Below are positions 1-8,653 of a stretch of 64,000 nt of DNA, piece by piece. The stretch lies in the IMG/VR virus record IMGVR_UViG_3300029305_006521, positions 1 to 64,000 of that record; one strand, given 5' to 3'. The position numbers and the translations under genes were made by a program. The stretch comes from a virus (Duplodnaviria; Caudoviricetes). Below the pieces are notes generated by a model. The model did not search any database and was not told the DNA's origin. It was given only the letters and a program-made list of their open reading frames with translations. Every line of letters begins with the position of its first letter. Position 1 is the first letter of the stretch.

Positions 1-225
1 ATGGTAAACTATATTGCAAGTCAAGGTTTAACTTATTTTGCTTTTAATACTAAAATTCAAGTATGTGAACATAATCATGCTTTCTTTGGCCAAACTTGCC
101 CAGAGTGCGGCGGCTCTGTTGCGGGAGAATATACAAGAATTGTAGGTTTTTATACACCAATTAAAACCTGGTCTAAAGAAAGAAAAAGCGAATATGCACT
201 AAGGGAGTGGGAAAATGTCAACTAA
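1..225 (+). CDS. nrdD: Anaerobic (class III) ribonucleotide reductase large subunit, C-terminal fragment (truncated by window edge)
   Basis: Zn-ribbon CEHNH...CPECG followed by the glycyl-radical motif TRIVGF; followed by nrdG. Confidence 0.9.
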   Translation: MVNYIASQGLTYFAFNTKIQVCEHNHAFFGQTCPECGGSVAGEYTRIVGFYTPIKTWSKERKSEYALREWENVN

Positions 226-439
226 AGAAAAGAATCTCGATACAGTTAAACTTTCACGAATTGAACATTTTGTTGCCACCGTGCGCCGCACCGTAAAAGA
301 GGAAGATATTGATATTAGTTTTGAAGCGGCAGTAGCCTTTTTATTTCCCAGAGTTTGGGAAAATGTGCGTTCAGCACTTACTCAGGAGTATATAAATGGT
401 TATAACGATGCCAAGAAAGAGATGGAGAATGCTGATTAA
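215..439 (+). CDS. Hypothetical protein
   Basis: 74-aa ORF overlapping both neighbours, SD-like GGGAG upstream. Confidence 0.7.
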   Translation: MSTKEKNLDTVKLSRIEHFVATVRRTVKEEDIDISFEAAVAFLFPRVWENVRSALTQEYINGYNDAKKEMENAD

Positions 440-911
440 ATTTCTTGTTGATGAAGATGTAGTTAACTATAAAAAGACTTCAATGTTTATTGGTTTTCCT
501 TACTGCACTTTTAAATGTGGTAAGGAAAACTGCCAAAATTATAATTTGCAATTCACTGGTAATATTGAAATTGAAGCCAGAGAATTAGTTCATAGATACA
601 TAACTAATCCCTTAACCTCTGCTATTGTAATTGGTGGATTAGAACCATTTGATAGTTGGGAAGAACTTCAATGTTTTATTATGGAATTAAGATATAGAAC
701 ACCAGATGATATAGTAATTTACAGTGGTTATATTGCTGATGAGATTCCAGAAGAAATTCATAAATGGTTAGCACTTTATGCTCAAGATGGTCCAATTATT
801 GTAAAATATGGACGTTATTTACCCAATCAAAATTCAATTTTTAATGAAGATTTAGGAGTTACTTTGTCTAGCGACAATCAATATACAATTAATTATGCGA
901 ATTACAATTAA
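429..911 (+). CDS. nrdG: Anaerobic RNR activating radical-SAM protein
   Basis: CxxxC...CQN cluster motif, GGLEPF and IYSGY motifs; start moved to ATG 429 after GGAG. Confidence 0.85.
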   Translation: MLIKFLVDEDVVNYKKTSMFIGFPYCTFKCGKENCQNYNLQFTGNIEIEARELVHRYITNPLTSAIVIGGLEPFDSWEELQCFIMELRYRTPDDIVIYSGYIADEIPEEIHKWLALYAQDGPIIVKYGRYLPNQNSIFNEDLGVTLSSDNQYTINYANYN

Positions 912-1104
912 TCCTGACAAGAAAAAAGTCAAGGCTATTAAAAAAGCTCTAAAAGAAAATAATGGTTACTGCCCCTGTGCTTTAATTCAGAATCAAGATA
1001 CCAAATGTCAATGTAAAGCTTTTCGTGAGCAAGAAAGTGGTTGGTGCCATTGTGGATTATTTTATAAAGGCGAATTAGATTCAGAATTTGACAATTTAGA
1101 TTAA
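895..1104 (+). CDS. Ferredoxin-thioredoxin reductase catalytic-chain-like Fe-S protein
   Basis: GYCPC...CQC...GWCHCGLF resembles the CPC/CPC/CHC triad of the FTR catalytic chain. Confidence 0.75.
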   Translation: MRITINPDKKKVKAIKKALKENNGYCPCALIQNQDTKCQCKAFREQESGWCHCGLFYKGELDSEFDNLD

Positions 1105-1116
1105 TTATGATATAAT
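1088..1116 (+). promoter_or_regulatory. Sigma-A/70 promoter for the thyX-like/dut/ruvC genes
   Basis: TTGACA-17 bp-TATAAT with TG extended -10. Confidence 0.8.
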
Positions 1117-1131
1117 AAGAGAGTAAAGAAA

Positions 1132-1950
1132 ATGATTAAATTAGAAAATGTAAAGGTTTTTAATTTTGAAGGAGCCTTCCGCGGCCTTCGTAATCCAATG
1201 AATTCATGGCATTTAAGTGATTCTATTTTTGGAATTTTAGAAAGTGATGAGGCAATAGAAGCAACTTCTTTGGTAGCACATCGTTACGAAGAAAGTGAAA
1301 AAATACATAAGTCTTATGATGAAGCTTATGATTTTTTATGGTACAACGGAGTATACAATTCTGCTTTTGATTGTTCTAACGATCATAATTATGGTATTGC
1401 AGCACTGCTTGGCCCAAATGATTTAAATTTAGCACAACGAATGATTTTTGGTGGAACTCCTGAATCAAAATTTTTAAGACAAATTTTTGTGTCAATGGAT
1501 ATTACGGCGCCTTTAGCATGGTGGAAAGAAATGGATACTTATAAAGTTGCTACTGTAGCAAATTCGTGTTCTACTATGCACAAAATTGATGCAATGCCTA
1601 TTACTGAAGAGGATTATTCTTTTGACCCAGAACCAGACATGAAACTTACTGATCTACCACTAGATGATTATATTCGTACTTTAGATATCAAAAAACGTGC
1701 AGTTGAGGACGTTGAGTGGTTAAGAAAAAAGTACAAAGAAACTGGTGATAAGCGTTATTGGAGACTTCTTATCCAGGTTAATCCTGATGGTTGGAATCAA
1801 AAAAGAACTTGGACAGGTAATTATCAAAACCTAAGAGAAATGTGTTATTGGCGTCCTAATCACAAACAAATTGAATGGAGAATTTTTTGCAAAGAAATTT
1901 TAAAACTCCCTTATGGAAAAGAATTAATTGGTTATAGAAAGGATAGATAA
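1132..1950 (+). CDS. ThyX-like flavin-dependent thymidylate synthase homologue (divergent)
   Basis: ThyX-like layout (KFLRQIFV..DITAPL.WW.E...SCSTMH...QKRTWTGNY.NLR) among nucleotide-metabolism genes; canonical RHRx7S motif absent. Confidence 0.6.
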   Translation: MIKLENVKVFNFEGAFRGLRNPMNSWHLSDSIFGILESDEAIEATSLVAHRYEESEKIHKSYDEAYDFLWYNGVYNSAFDCSNDHNYGIAALLGPNDLNLAQRMIFGGTPESKFLRQIFVSMDITAPLAWWKEMDTYKVATVANSCSTMHKIDAMPITEEDYSFDPEPDMKLTDLPLDDYIRTLDIKKRAVEDVEWLRKKYKETGDKRYWRLLIQVNPDGWNQKRTWTGNYQNLREMCYWRPNHKQIEWRIFCKEILKLPYGKELIGYRKDR

Positions 1951-1952
1951 AA

Positions 1953-2165
1953 ATGAAAACTTTAAAAATTACAAGAGAACTTAGAGCATATAGTGAAGAA
2001 GAAGCAAGAGAATTTGTCAATGACTTTAAAGCAAGGGCCGCCAGTGAAGGTTATCTGGTAGGTGCAAATGGTTATACTTACAAAAACAAGAAAGCAAAAG
2101 GCGATATTGTTGATGAAGCATGGATTTGTAAGTGTGTAGAAATTCATAATGAGGTATGGGATTAA
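1953..2165 (+). CDS. Hypothetical protein
   Basis: 70-aa ORF with AAGGA SD, coupled to dut. Confidence 0.7.
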   Translation: MKTLKITRELRAYSEEEAREFVNDFKARAASEGYLVGANGYTYKNKKAKGDIVDEAWICKCVEIHNEVWD

Positions 2166-3043
2166 TGGAAGAAAAACAACTTAATTTAGGTGAAATGCTC
2201 GATTCACTTTCAGAACTTAACGGTGAACAATTTAGTCTTGAAGCCTTTGCTTCTATTTTAGCATTACCAGATGAAGAATTTAAAACTCTATCTGGAATTA
2301 TTCTTGATGAATTAAATAAAAGTTTAAACAATCCTAATGATAGACTCCTTCTGGCTCAAAGTTTTAATGCACAAGGTATTACTTCTGATGAAGTAATTGC
2401 TAATTTCAAGGAATTGGCAACACAGATTGATTCCATTGGGGATGATGTACTTCCCCAAGCCAAACGAGATTTTGTAAAACAAATCGTTGGTTTAATGGTT
2501 AATGCTATTGCAGAAACAGAAGGTATTTCAAAACGAATTATTCAAATTCCTATTGAACTATGTCATCCCAATGCTAAAATTCCTGCTTATGCAAAGCCTG
2601 GTGACGCAGGAATGGACATTTATGCTCTTGAAGATTTTGAGGTTGCGCCTGGCGAACGGAAGATTATTAAGACAGGTCTTAAAGTAGCAATCCCTCGTGG
2701 TTATGAACTACAAGTGCGGCCGCGCTCTGGAACCTCAGTAAAAACTGCCCTTCGTGTTGCCAATACTCCTGGTACCATTGATAGTGGTTACAGAGATGAA
2801 ATTGGTGTTATTATTGAGAATATTGAACCAAAAGTAAAGGATATTGATTATGATTTTGATGAAACTGGCCGTCCTGTAATTACTTCAATTCTTTATGGTT
2901 CAGTATTCAATGTTGGAAAAGGCGAACGTTTTGCACAACTTGTGCTTAATGAAGTACCATCTGCGGCCTTCTATCCAGTTGATTCAGTTGCTCAAATTGG
3001 TGAGAACCGCGGCGGTGGCTTTGGTTCTACCGGGAAGGAGTAA
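2165..3043 (+). CDS. dut: Trimeric dUTPase with ~125-aa N-terminal extension
   Basis: Motifs AGMDI, RPRSG, GTIDSGYRDEI, RFAQLV, RGGGFGSTG. Confidence 0.92.
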   Translation: MEEKQLNLGEMLDSLSELNGEQFSLEAFASILALPDEEFKTLSGIILDELNKSLNNPNDRLLLAQSFNAQGITSDEVIANFKELATQIDSIGDDVLPQAKRDFVKQIVGLMVNAIAETEGISKRIIQIPIELCHPNAKIPAYAKPGDAGMDIYALEDFEVAPGERKIIKTGLKVAIPRGYELQVRPRSGTSVKTALRVANTPGTIDSGYRDEIGVIIENIEPKVKDIDYDFDETGRPVITSILYGSVFNVGKGERFAQLVLNEVPSAAFYPVDSVAQIGENRGGGFGSTGKE

Positions 3044-3799
3044 TTGGGCAGATTAAAATATGAAGAAGTAAAAAACATAATTGAAAGTGCAGGATGGTCG
3101 CTTATAACGGAAAGTTATCAAAATCTTGACCAAGAGTTAGAATTGAGATGCCCCGAAAATCATCGTGTTTTTACTTCATTAAAAAAATTCAGAAATGCCC
3201 CCTATTGTCCAAATTGTAGTACAAACTCTTTTAAAATTGCTGATGATAAAATAATCACAAAGAAAAAAGGAATAAAAAGAGTTTTAGCTTTAGATCAATC
3301 GACTCAAGTATCTGGTTGGTCAGTTTATGATGATAGACAATTAATTAAATATGGTATTTTTTACACTTCGCTTGAAAATCAAGAATTGCGCGACCATGCT
3401 TTAAAAGAATGGTTAGTTAATATGATTCATAATTGGAAGCCTGATTTGATAGCGATTGAAGATATACAACTTCAAGAATTTCGAGAAGGGAAAAAGGTCG
3501 ATTCAGATAATATTAAAGGCATTCTAATTTTCAAGACACTTGCACGCTTACAAGGTGTAATCATTGAATGTTGCATAGAGCAAGGAATTGATTATACTGT
3601 TTGCTCAACAAATACATGGCGTGCCCATTGTAAAGTTAAAGGTAACACACGAAGTGATAAAAAACGTTCAATGCAATTACTTGTAAAAGAATGGCACGAT
3701 GTAACCGTAACTGAAGATGAAGCCGATGCCATTGGAATTGGTTATTATGCTTCTGAGATTTATGGGAAACAAAATACCATAGTAAATTGGGAAGAATAA
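3044..3799 (+). CDS. RuvC-like Holliday junction resolvase with N-terminal Zn-ribbon
   Basis: LALDQS, IAIED and DEADAIGI acidic motifs; N-terminal CPENH...CPNC; TTG start after AAGGAG. Confidence 0.8.
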   Translation: MGRLKYEEVKNIIESAGWSLITESYQNLDQELELRCPENHRVFTSLKKFRNAPYCPNCSTNSFKIADDKIITKKKGIKRVLALDQSTQVSGWSVYDDRQLIKYGIFYTSLENQELRDHALKEWLVNMIHNWKPDLIAIEDIQLQEFREGKKVDSDNIKGILIFKTLARLQGVIIECCIEQGIDYTVCSTNTWRAHCKVKGNTRSDKKRSMQLLVKEWHDVTVTEDEADAIGIGYYASEIYGKQNTIVNWEE

Positions 3800-3805
3800 A
3801 AAGAA

Positions 3806-3835
3806 AAGAGAGACGAATTAACGTCTCTCTTTTTT
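3806..3835. terminator. Bidirectional intrinsic terminator between convergent genes
   Basis: AAAGAGAGACG-aattaa-CGTCTCTCTTT flanked by A and T runs. Confidence 0.8.
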
Positions 3836-4202
3836 ATTGAACTTTGTAAATATTCCAAACGTAGTAAGAAGATGGATCAAATGTGTCATAGATAATACCG
3901 TCTATACAACAAGTTATATGACCTCTCATTGTTATAAGATAAATACCATGAGGAAACATATTGGCAATTTCACCAACAGTTTTTTTATTTTTACAATTTT
4001 GACAGTATACTTTATCAAAATTTCTCTCTAAGTATTCATCTATATAATCTACTTCATCTGGCATTATTGCCTGAGCCTGGGCAAACTTACTTAACTCTTC
4101 ATAAGTGGCGTCCCAAGTTCGCCCTGTGGCTAAGGAGATTGCTCTTACAGTACAATCATTAACCCGTCTGCCGCGAGGGTTGGCATTGTGATAAGTAAAC
4201 AT
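3834..4202 (-). CDS. Small papain-like cysteine-peptidase-fold protein (putative)
   Basis: NDCTVRA (Cys), GHITCC (His), IYDTFD (Asp) spacing fits a Cys-His-Asp triad. Confidence 0.55.
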   Translation of the reverse strand: MFTYHNANPRGRRVNDCTVRAISLATGRTWDATYEELSKFAQAQAIMPDEVDYIDEYLERNFDKVYCQNCKNKKTVGEIANMFPHGIYLITMRGHITCCIDGIIYDTFDPSSYYVWNIYKVQ

Positions 4203-4723
4203 TACATACCACTCATCTTTTGAACATGACGCCTAATAATATCTTTTTCTTCAGGTGTTTCTGCAAAATCCATAGCTGATTCAACAAACATGCATACTGC
4301 ATACATTAATTTTTCAAGTCCTTCATATACACGCTCTTCTGAATCACCATGTTGGTAGCGCTCGCGACCATAATCATACATTTCAACACCATCATTAATT
4401 CTATCAAGATGTTCTTTCATGCGGTTATAACCATTATAATTACTACCACCGCGATTATTATAACCACCTCGATTACTATAATCACCCTCTACATAGTAGC
4501 GCCCGCGGCCTTGATAACCGCCTCCACGATTGCTATAACCGCCATCTCTTCCATAACCTCTCATGTTGTAACTACCTCCCATTTGCTCGACTTCTTGTAA
4601 ATCTTTATACATATCTACAAGTTTTTTAGTCATATCTAAATTACTAGCATTTAAACCCTGCTCACCGATTTCTTTTAATTCTTTTTCTACAGAATTAACA
4701 AGCTTATCTATCATACCACTCAA
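4202..4723 (-). CDS. Hypothetical protein with Gly/Tyr/Arg/Asn low-complexity middle
   Basis: YSNRGG-type repeats; SD AAGGAG. Confidence 0.75.
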   Translation of the reverse strand: MSGMIDKLVNSVEKELKEIGEQGLNASNLDMTKKLVDMYKDLQEVEQMGGSYNMRGYGRDGGYSNRGGGYQGRGRYYVEGDYSNRGGYNNRGGSNYNGYNRMKEHLDRINDGVEMYDYGRERYQHGDSEERVYEGLEKLMYAVCMFVESAMDFAETPEEKDIIRRHVQKMSGM

Positions 4724-4734
4724 CTCCTTTTACA

Positions 4735-5136
4735 TTAAGCGCCAGGTGTCGCAGCGGCAGGTGCGGGTAAGGCGGCTAAATTATTTCCACAACGAGAGCA
4801 TGGAATTTTTCCAAGTAGCTTAAAGACGCCACTTGTTATATCTGTTCTTACAACTACTGAATAACGAGTTCTCCTGTTAATAGAGCAGGCATAAACAGTT
4901 GAACAATCGCAATTCATTAAAGGATAAGTTGTAGCTGTATCCCCACCAATGGTAATTGCAACAGGTGCTGTGATTGTTGTAGTATCAGGCAAATTCTGAG
5001 CAACTACTATACAATACTTTTGTCCATTAGCATAATTACCAGCAGGTAGGTCTATTAATAAAGTATTATCAGCAAAAGTAACAGAATTTGAAATTATCAA
5101 TCTGTCACACATTCTTTTATAAGTACTGCATTTCAT
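4735..5136 (-). CDS. Cys-rich hypothetical protein
   Basis: 133-aa ORF with SD AAGGA and several Cys. Confidence 0.75.
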   Translation of the reverse strand: MKCSTYKRMCDRLIISNSVTFADNTLLIDLPAGNYANGQKYCIVVAQNLPDTTTITAPVAITIGGDTATTYPLMNCDCSTVYACSINRRTRYSVVVRTDITSGVFKLLGKIPCSRCGNNLAALPAPAAATPGA

Positions 5137-5154
5137 TTCCTTTCACCCCTTTTA

Positions 5155-5185
5155 AAAAGAGGGGATATTGTATAATATCCCCTCA
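5155..5185 (-). terminator. Intrinsic terminator after the 274-aa Gly/Cys-rich gene
   Basis: GAGGGGATATT-loop-AATATCCCCTC followed by a U-run on the minus strand. Confidence 0.7.
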
Positions 5186-5213
5186 AAATCACGCTTTCGC
5201 GGAGATATAACAA

Positions 5214-6038
5214 CTAGAAGCAGTCGCCGCAACCACAACCGCTGCCACCGTAGCCATACGCGGCGGAAGGATAGCAACAATTGGGATTAGGTACTACAAA
5301 AGCAGGTACGGGACAATCACGACCAAGCCTGCGAATTAATTCAGCAGTCTGAGCTTCTTGATTTGCAGCGATAAAGGAATTCTGATTTGCTTGAGAGATT
5401 TGATTTTTAAGAGTTTGATTTTCATCTCTAAGCGCATCCAGTTTGTCCTGAACGAGGAAATCAAGAATAGAACGAGTGTTCGCATTTTGACTATCAATAA
5501 TATCGCGAGTAGTAGACTGAATTAAGTTTCTAGTGTCACAAGCCTGTGAAGCCATGTCATAACGCATATCGCAGCAGCACTGAGCTAACTGAGAACTTAA
5601 AGCGTTAAAACCTGCCTGATTCTGGAAACTACTTTGCATTATAGATTTGTCGATTCCACAGAAGCCTTGACTCATATTATACTGAGTCTGGCAGCAACAA
5701 TTTTGAATAGCACTAAGGACACCATTAATAGCATTATTAGTAGCATAGAAGCCATCACAAATACCATTAGAGATAGACCGCAGGCTATTATCAATTTGAC
5801 CAAAGTTAAAGGCATCAGTCATGCCCTGCATTGTAGCAGGTACGCAACAAGCGCTGTATCCGTCGCCTCCTCCGCCGTTGCCTCCAAAACCGTTACGACC
5901 CCAGCCGCCGGCGCCGAAAAGAAGAATGAGGATTATAATCCACCAAGCTCCGTCTCCATCACCAAAACCACTAGAACCATTACCAGAATTGCGTAATGCT
6001 AAAGCATCTGCTACAGAGATTCCTTCATTTCCCATCAT
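5214..6038 (-). CDS. Gly/Cys-rich protein with N-terminal hydrophobic helix (WWIIILILLF) and coiled coil
   Basis: CCC motifs, GCGCG C-terminus, strong SD, codon usage typical of highly expressed genes. Confidence 0.8.
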   Translation of the reverse strand: MMGNEGISVADALALRNSGNGSSGFGDGDGAWWIIILILLFGAGGWGRNGFGGNGGGGDGYSACCVPATMQGMTDAFNFGQIDNSLRSISNGICDGFYATNNAINGVLSAIQNCCCQTQYNMSQGFCGIDKSIMQSSFQNQAGFNALSSQLAQCCCDMRYDMASQACDTRNLIQSTTRDIIDSQNANTRSILDFLVQDKLDALRDENQTLKNQISQANQNSFIAANQEAQTAELIRRLGRDCPVPAFVVPNPNCCYPSAAYGYGGSGCGCGDCF

Positions 6039-6077
6039 ATTAAATTTTCTCCTTTCTTTCTTATTTATTAAAATCGC

Positions 6078-6326
6078 TTACAAACTATTGATATCTCTCA
6101 GTAAAGAGTTCAGAGCAGTTTGAACATCTATACCTTGCGCGCCTAATTGTTGTTGAGCGATTTTTTGCAATGTTTGTACGTCTCCTTTTTGTCCCAAAGC
6201 TAATAAATTTTGCATTTCGGGATTATTACGGAAATTGTTTTGAATAATATAGGAAGCAACCCCTTTTGCATTACCAGATTTTAACTGTTGCAAAAGCTGC
6301 ATTGGATTCATTGATTGGTTTACCAT
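6078..6326 (-). CDS. Gln/Asn/Met-rich small protein
   Basis: 82-aa ORF, SD AGGAGG. Confidence 0.75.
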   Translation of the reverse strand: MVNQSMNPMQLLQQLKSGNAKGVASYIIQNNFRNNPEMQNLLALGQKGDVQTLQKIAQQQLGAQGIDVQTALNSLLRDINSL

Positions 6327-6814
6327 TCCAATGTACCTCCTTTCTTATTCTTTTTACCTTCAAGTGCTTCTAATCTATCTAATATTTCTTTAAGTAAATT
6401 ATCATTAGAAGTGTTCTCAGGTTGAACAGAATTTTCATTTGTAGATTGAGCAGTTTCTACATTTTGATTCATTTGTTCTAATGCGCTTAACCGATATCCG
6501 TTTAAAATAATATTACCATTTTGCATGGCTTTTAAGTAAAGCACTCCTTCTGAAAGTGCTAAACCTACGGAAACTCCATTGTTTGCAATCGGAATGTTAT
6601 TAATTTCTTGAGCAGTATTTAAAAAATAAACATTACCTTGAGATTGTGGGAAGAAAAAATTATTTCCCATATTGTTTCCTAAATTATTTGTGGGGTTTAT
6701 ATTATTTTGAGCAGAATTTAATGAGTTAAGATTATTAGAATTAGGATAATTAAAATTCATCTTATTTGGCATTTGTGGGGCCAAATTTGATGAGCTAGTA
6801 TTATAATAACTCAT
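6320..6814 (-). CDS. Asn/Gln-rich protein, first gene of the cassette
   Basis: ATG 6814 lies 8 nt after GGAGG; low-complexity N-terminus. Confidence 0.75.
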   Translation of the reverse strand: MSYYNTSSSNLAPQMPNKMNFNYPNSNNLNSLNSAQNNINPTNNLGNNMGNNFFFPQSQGNVYFLNTAQEINNIPIANNGVSVGLALSEGVLYLKAMQNGNIILNGYRLSALEQMNQNVETAQSTNENSVQPENTSNDNLLKEILDRLEALEGKKNKKGGTLEW

Positions 6815-6820
6815 AAAGAA

Positions 6821-6858
6821 AACCTCCACTTATCGTTTCCTATATATAAGTGGAGGTT
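6821..6858 (-). promoter_or_regulatory. Perfect 13-bp hairpin that sequesters the SD of the 6814 gene
   Basis: AACCTCCACTTAT (6821-6833) / ATAAGTGGAGGTT (6846-6858); the mRNA 3' arm contains GGAGG. Confidence 0.7.
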
Positions 6859-6939
6859 AGCTTTTATTTAGTATAAAATTTTAACAAAATTTTTTAGGTT
6901 CCCTAACAAATTTTTTGGTTAAGATTCCGTTAAAAAAAT

Positions 6940-7323
6940 TTATTCTTTAATAAAAATCATTAACGGCCGCGCCTCAGCATAAGAAAGAGTGAGTGAATCA
7001 AGCTCTTCAAAAGTAAATGAAATATCAGGAATATCGGTAATTTCAATATTGATTAATTCATTCATTTTACTTTGACACTCAGCAATTTTATCAGGGATAA
7101 TTTTTACTGCTTCTGCAGATTCATCTGTATAAAGATAATTACCATTTTCATCACGTTCTGCATAAATATCTACTAAAGCCTGAAATTGAGTCTGGTAAAA
7201 ATCTTTTTCCTTTCCGACAAGTTTAATTAACTTATCGACCTTATAGAGAGTTCGGATTGGAAGTTCTTTTTGAGTAAGTTTTTGAAGAAGTCCTTCCAAC
7301 TCAAGAATTTCAAACATTTTCAT
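6940..7323 (-). CDS. Hypothetical phage protein following the tail fibre genes
   Basis: 127-aa helical acidic ORF with its own promoter and SD AAGGAG. Confidence 0.75.
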   Translation of the reverse strand: MKMFEILELEGLLQKLTQKELPIRTLYKVDKLIKLVGKEKDFYQTQFQALVDIYAERDENGNYLYTDESAEAVKIIPDKIAECQSKMNELINIEITDIPDISFTFEELDSLTLSYAEARPLMIFIKE

Positions 7324-7356
7324 ATTTGCCTTTTACTCCTTTTAATTCTTAATTAT

Positions 7357-7385
7357 ATTATAACAAAATTTGAAGAAGGCGTCAA
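7357..7385 (-). promoter_or_regulatory. Sigma-A promoter
   Basis: TTGACG-17 bp-TATAAT with TG on the minus strand. Confidence 0.7.
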
Positions 7386-7388
7386 GTT

Positions 7389-8639
7389 TTATTGACGCCA
7401 TTCTTCGTTATTGAATACTTTGGAAATTGATAACTTCCATTCACCATTTTCATAAATGTATGGAATTGCAATTTGCCAGTTTTCATTGGTGTAGACACGA
7501 ATATTACTACCAAGTTCCCAGATGGCATAAAGTTGAGGCTGTTCATCTTTTTCAATTTTTAAAGTTGTTAATGGTTCAATAGCAGTCCAAGAAGTATTCC
7601 AACCTAAAAGATTATAACCTGGATATTTAAAACCTTTATCGCCTAAAGTTTCAAGACTTATATCATATTGTTCACCAAAAGTAAATTTATTAGTAGTATC
7701 TTCCCAAGTTTCTTCTCCTGTTGTTGAATGAATACCGCCATTACCATTATAAAGAACTGAATATTCTTTTGCTTTCCAAACTGCATATAAAGTTGCTGCT
7801 GCATTATTAGTATAAGAACCACCAGCAGAATAAGTTGCAGATGTAGCATTTGATGAAGTGGCCCATCCTAGAAACTCATAACCATCTCTTGTTGGCTTGT
7901 CAGAAGATAAAGTAAGTGTCACATTATAAGTTTTTGTTTGGGAGTTTGGCGCGCCGGAGCCGCCATTGGCATTGTAGGAGATTGTATAAGTTTGTGCTGT
8001 CCAATTAGCATACCAAGTATAATCTGTACCATAATAGCCTGTTCTACTAGCCCCTGCTGAATAAGTCGTACTAGCTGAAGAACTAGTTCCCCATCCTTTA
8101 AAAGTATAACCAGTTTTTGACGGTTTACTAGCTAAATAATAAGTAAATTTATTGCCAGCAGTTCCTGTATTTGTATCATCATAGTCATAAAGAGAAGAGC
8201 CATTATAATAATAAATATAACTAGTAACAGAAGCAGACGTTCCATAAATTGCAGCATCTTGAACATATAAATTACAACTAGTTATTGTACCATTTGGGTC
8301 AGATACTTTTAAGGTTAAACTTCCCGAAAATTGACCACTAATATTACTTATAGTAGCATCAGTATAAGATAACTGTTGACTGGTAGAAAATCTAAGCATT
8401 ATATTACCACTAGCATATCCACCATTAGAACCAGTTAAAGTCCACAATAAACCAGGAGAATCAGTAGAACTTGTACCACTACCGCTACTACGATAGCCAC
8501 TAAAATTAATTGACAATTCGTCAATTGTATATGAATTAGAAAATAAGGCCGAACAAGTACCGGTTGCAGTTGAGCTTCCATTGCATTTCCAACCATCGGC
8601 AGAACTACTATAAGAACCACTAAATGAAAAGTTAGCCAT
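7389..8639 (-). CDS. Tail/adhesin protein with about three InlB B-repeat (Listeria-Bacteroides repeat) domains
   Basis: Repeats of YNANGG...PTRDGYEFLGW...TLYAVW. Confidence 0.8.
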   Translation of the reverse strand: MANFSFSGSYSSSADGWKCNGSSTATGTCSALFSNSYTIDELSINFSGYRSSGSGTSSTDSPGLLWTLTGSNGGYASGNIMLRFSTSQQLSYTDATISNISGQFSGSLTLKVSDPNGTITSCNLYVQDAAIYGTSASVTSYIYYYNGSSLYDYDDTNTGTAGNKFTYYLASKPSKTGYTFKGWGTSSSASTTYSAGASRTGYYGTDYTWYANWTAQTYTISYNANGGSGAPNSQTKTYNVTLTLSSDKPTRDGYEFLGWATSSNATSATYSAGGSYTNNAAATLYAVWKAKEYSVLYNGNGGIHSTTGEETWEDTTNKFTFGEQYDISLETLGDKGFKYPGYNLLGWNTSWTAIEPLTTLKIEKDEQPQLYAIWELGSNIRVYTNENWQIAIPYIYENGEWKLSISKVFNNEEWRQ

Positions 8640-8653
8640 TCTACTTCACCACC

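Noticed and set aside
1094-1102. ATTTAGATT in the spacer of the 1088 promoter as a palindrome half-site
   Set aside because: Only 7 of 9 bases match contiguously in AT-rich DNA; likely chance
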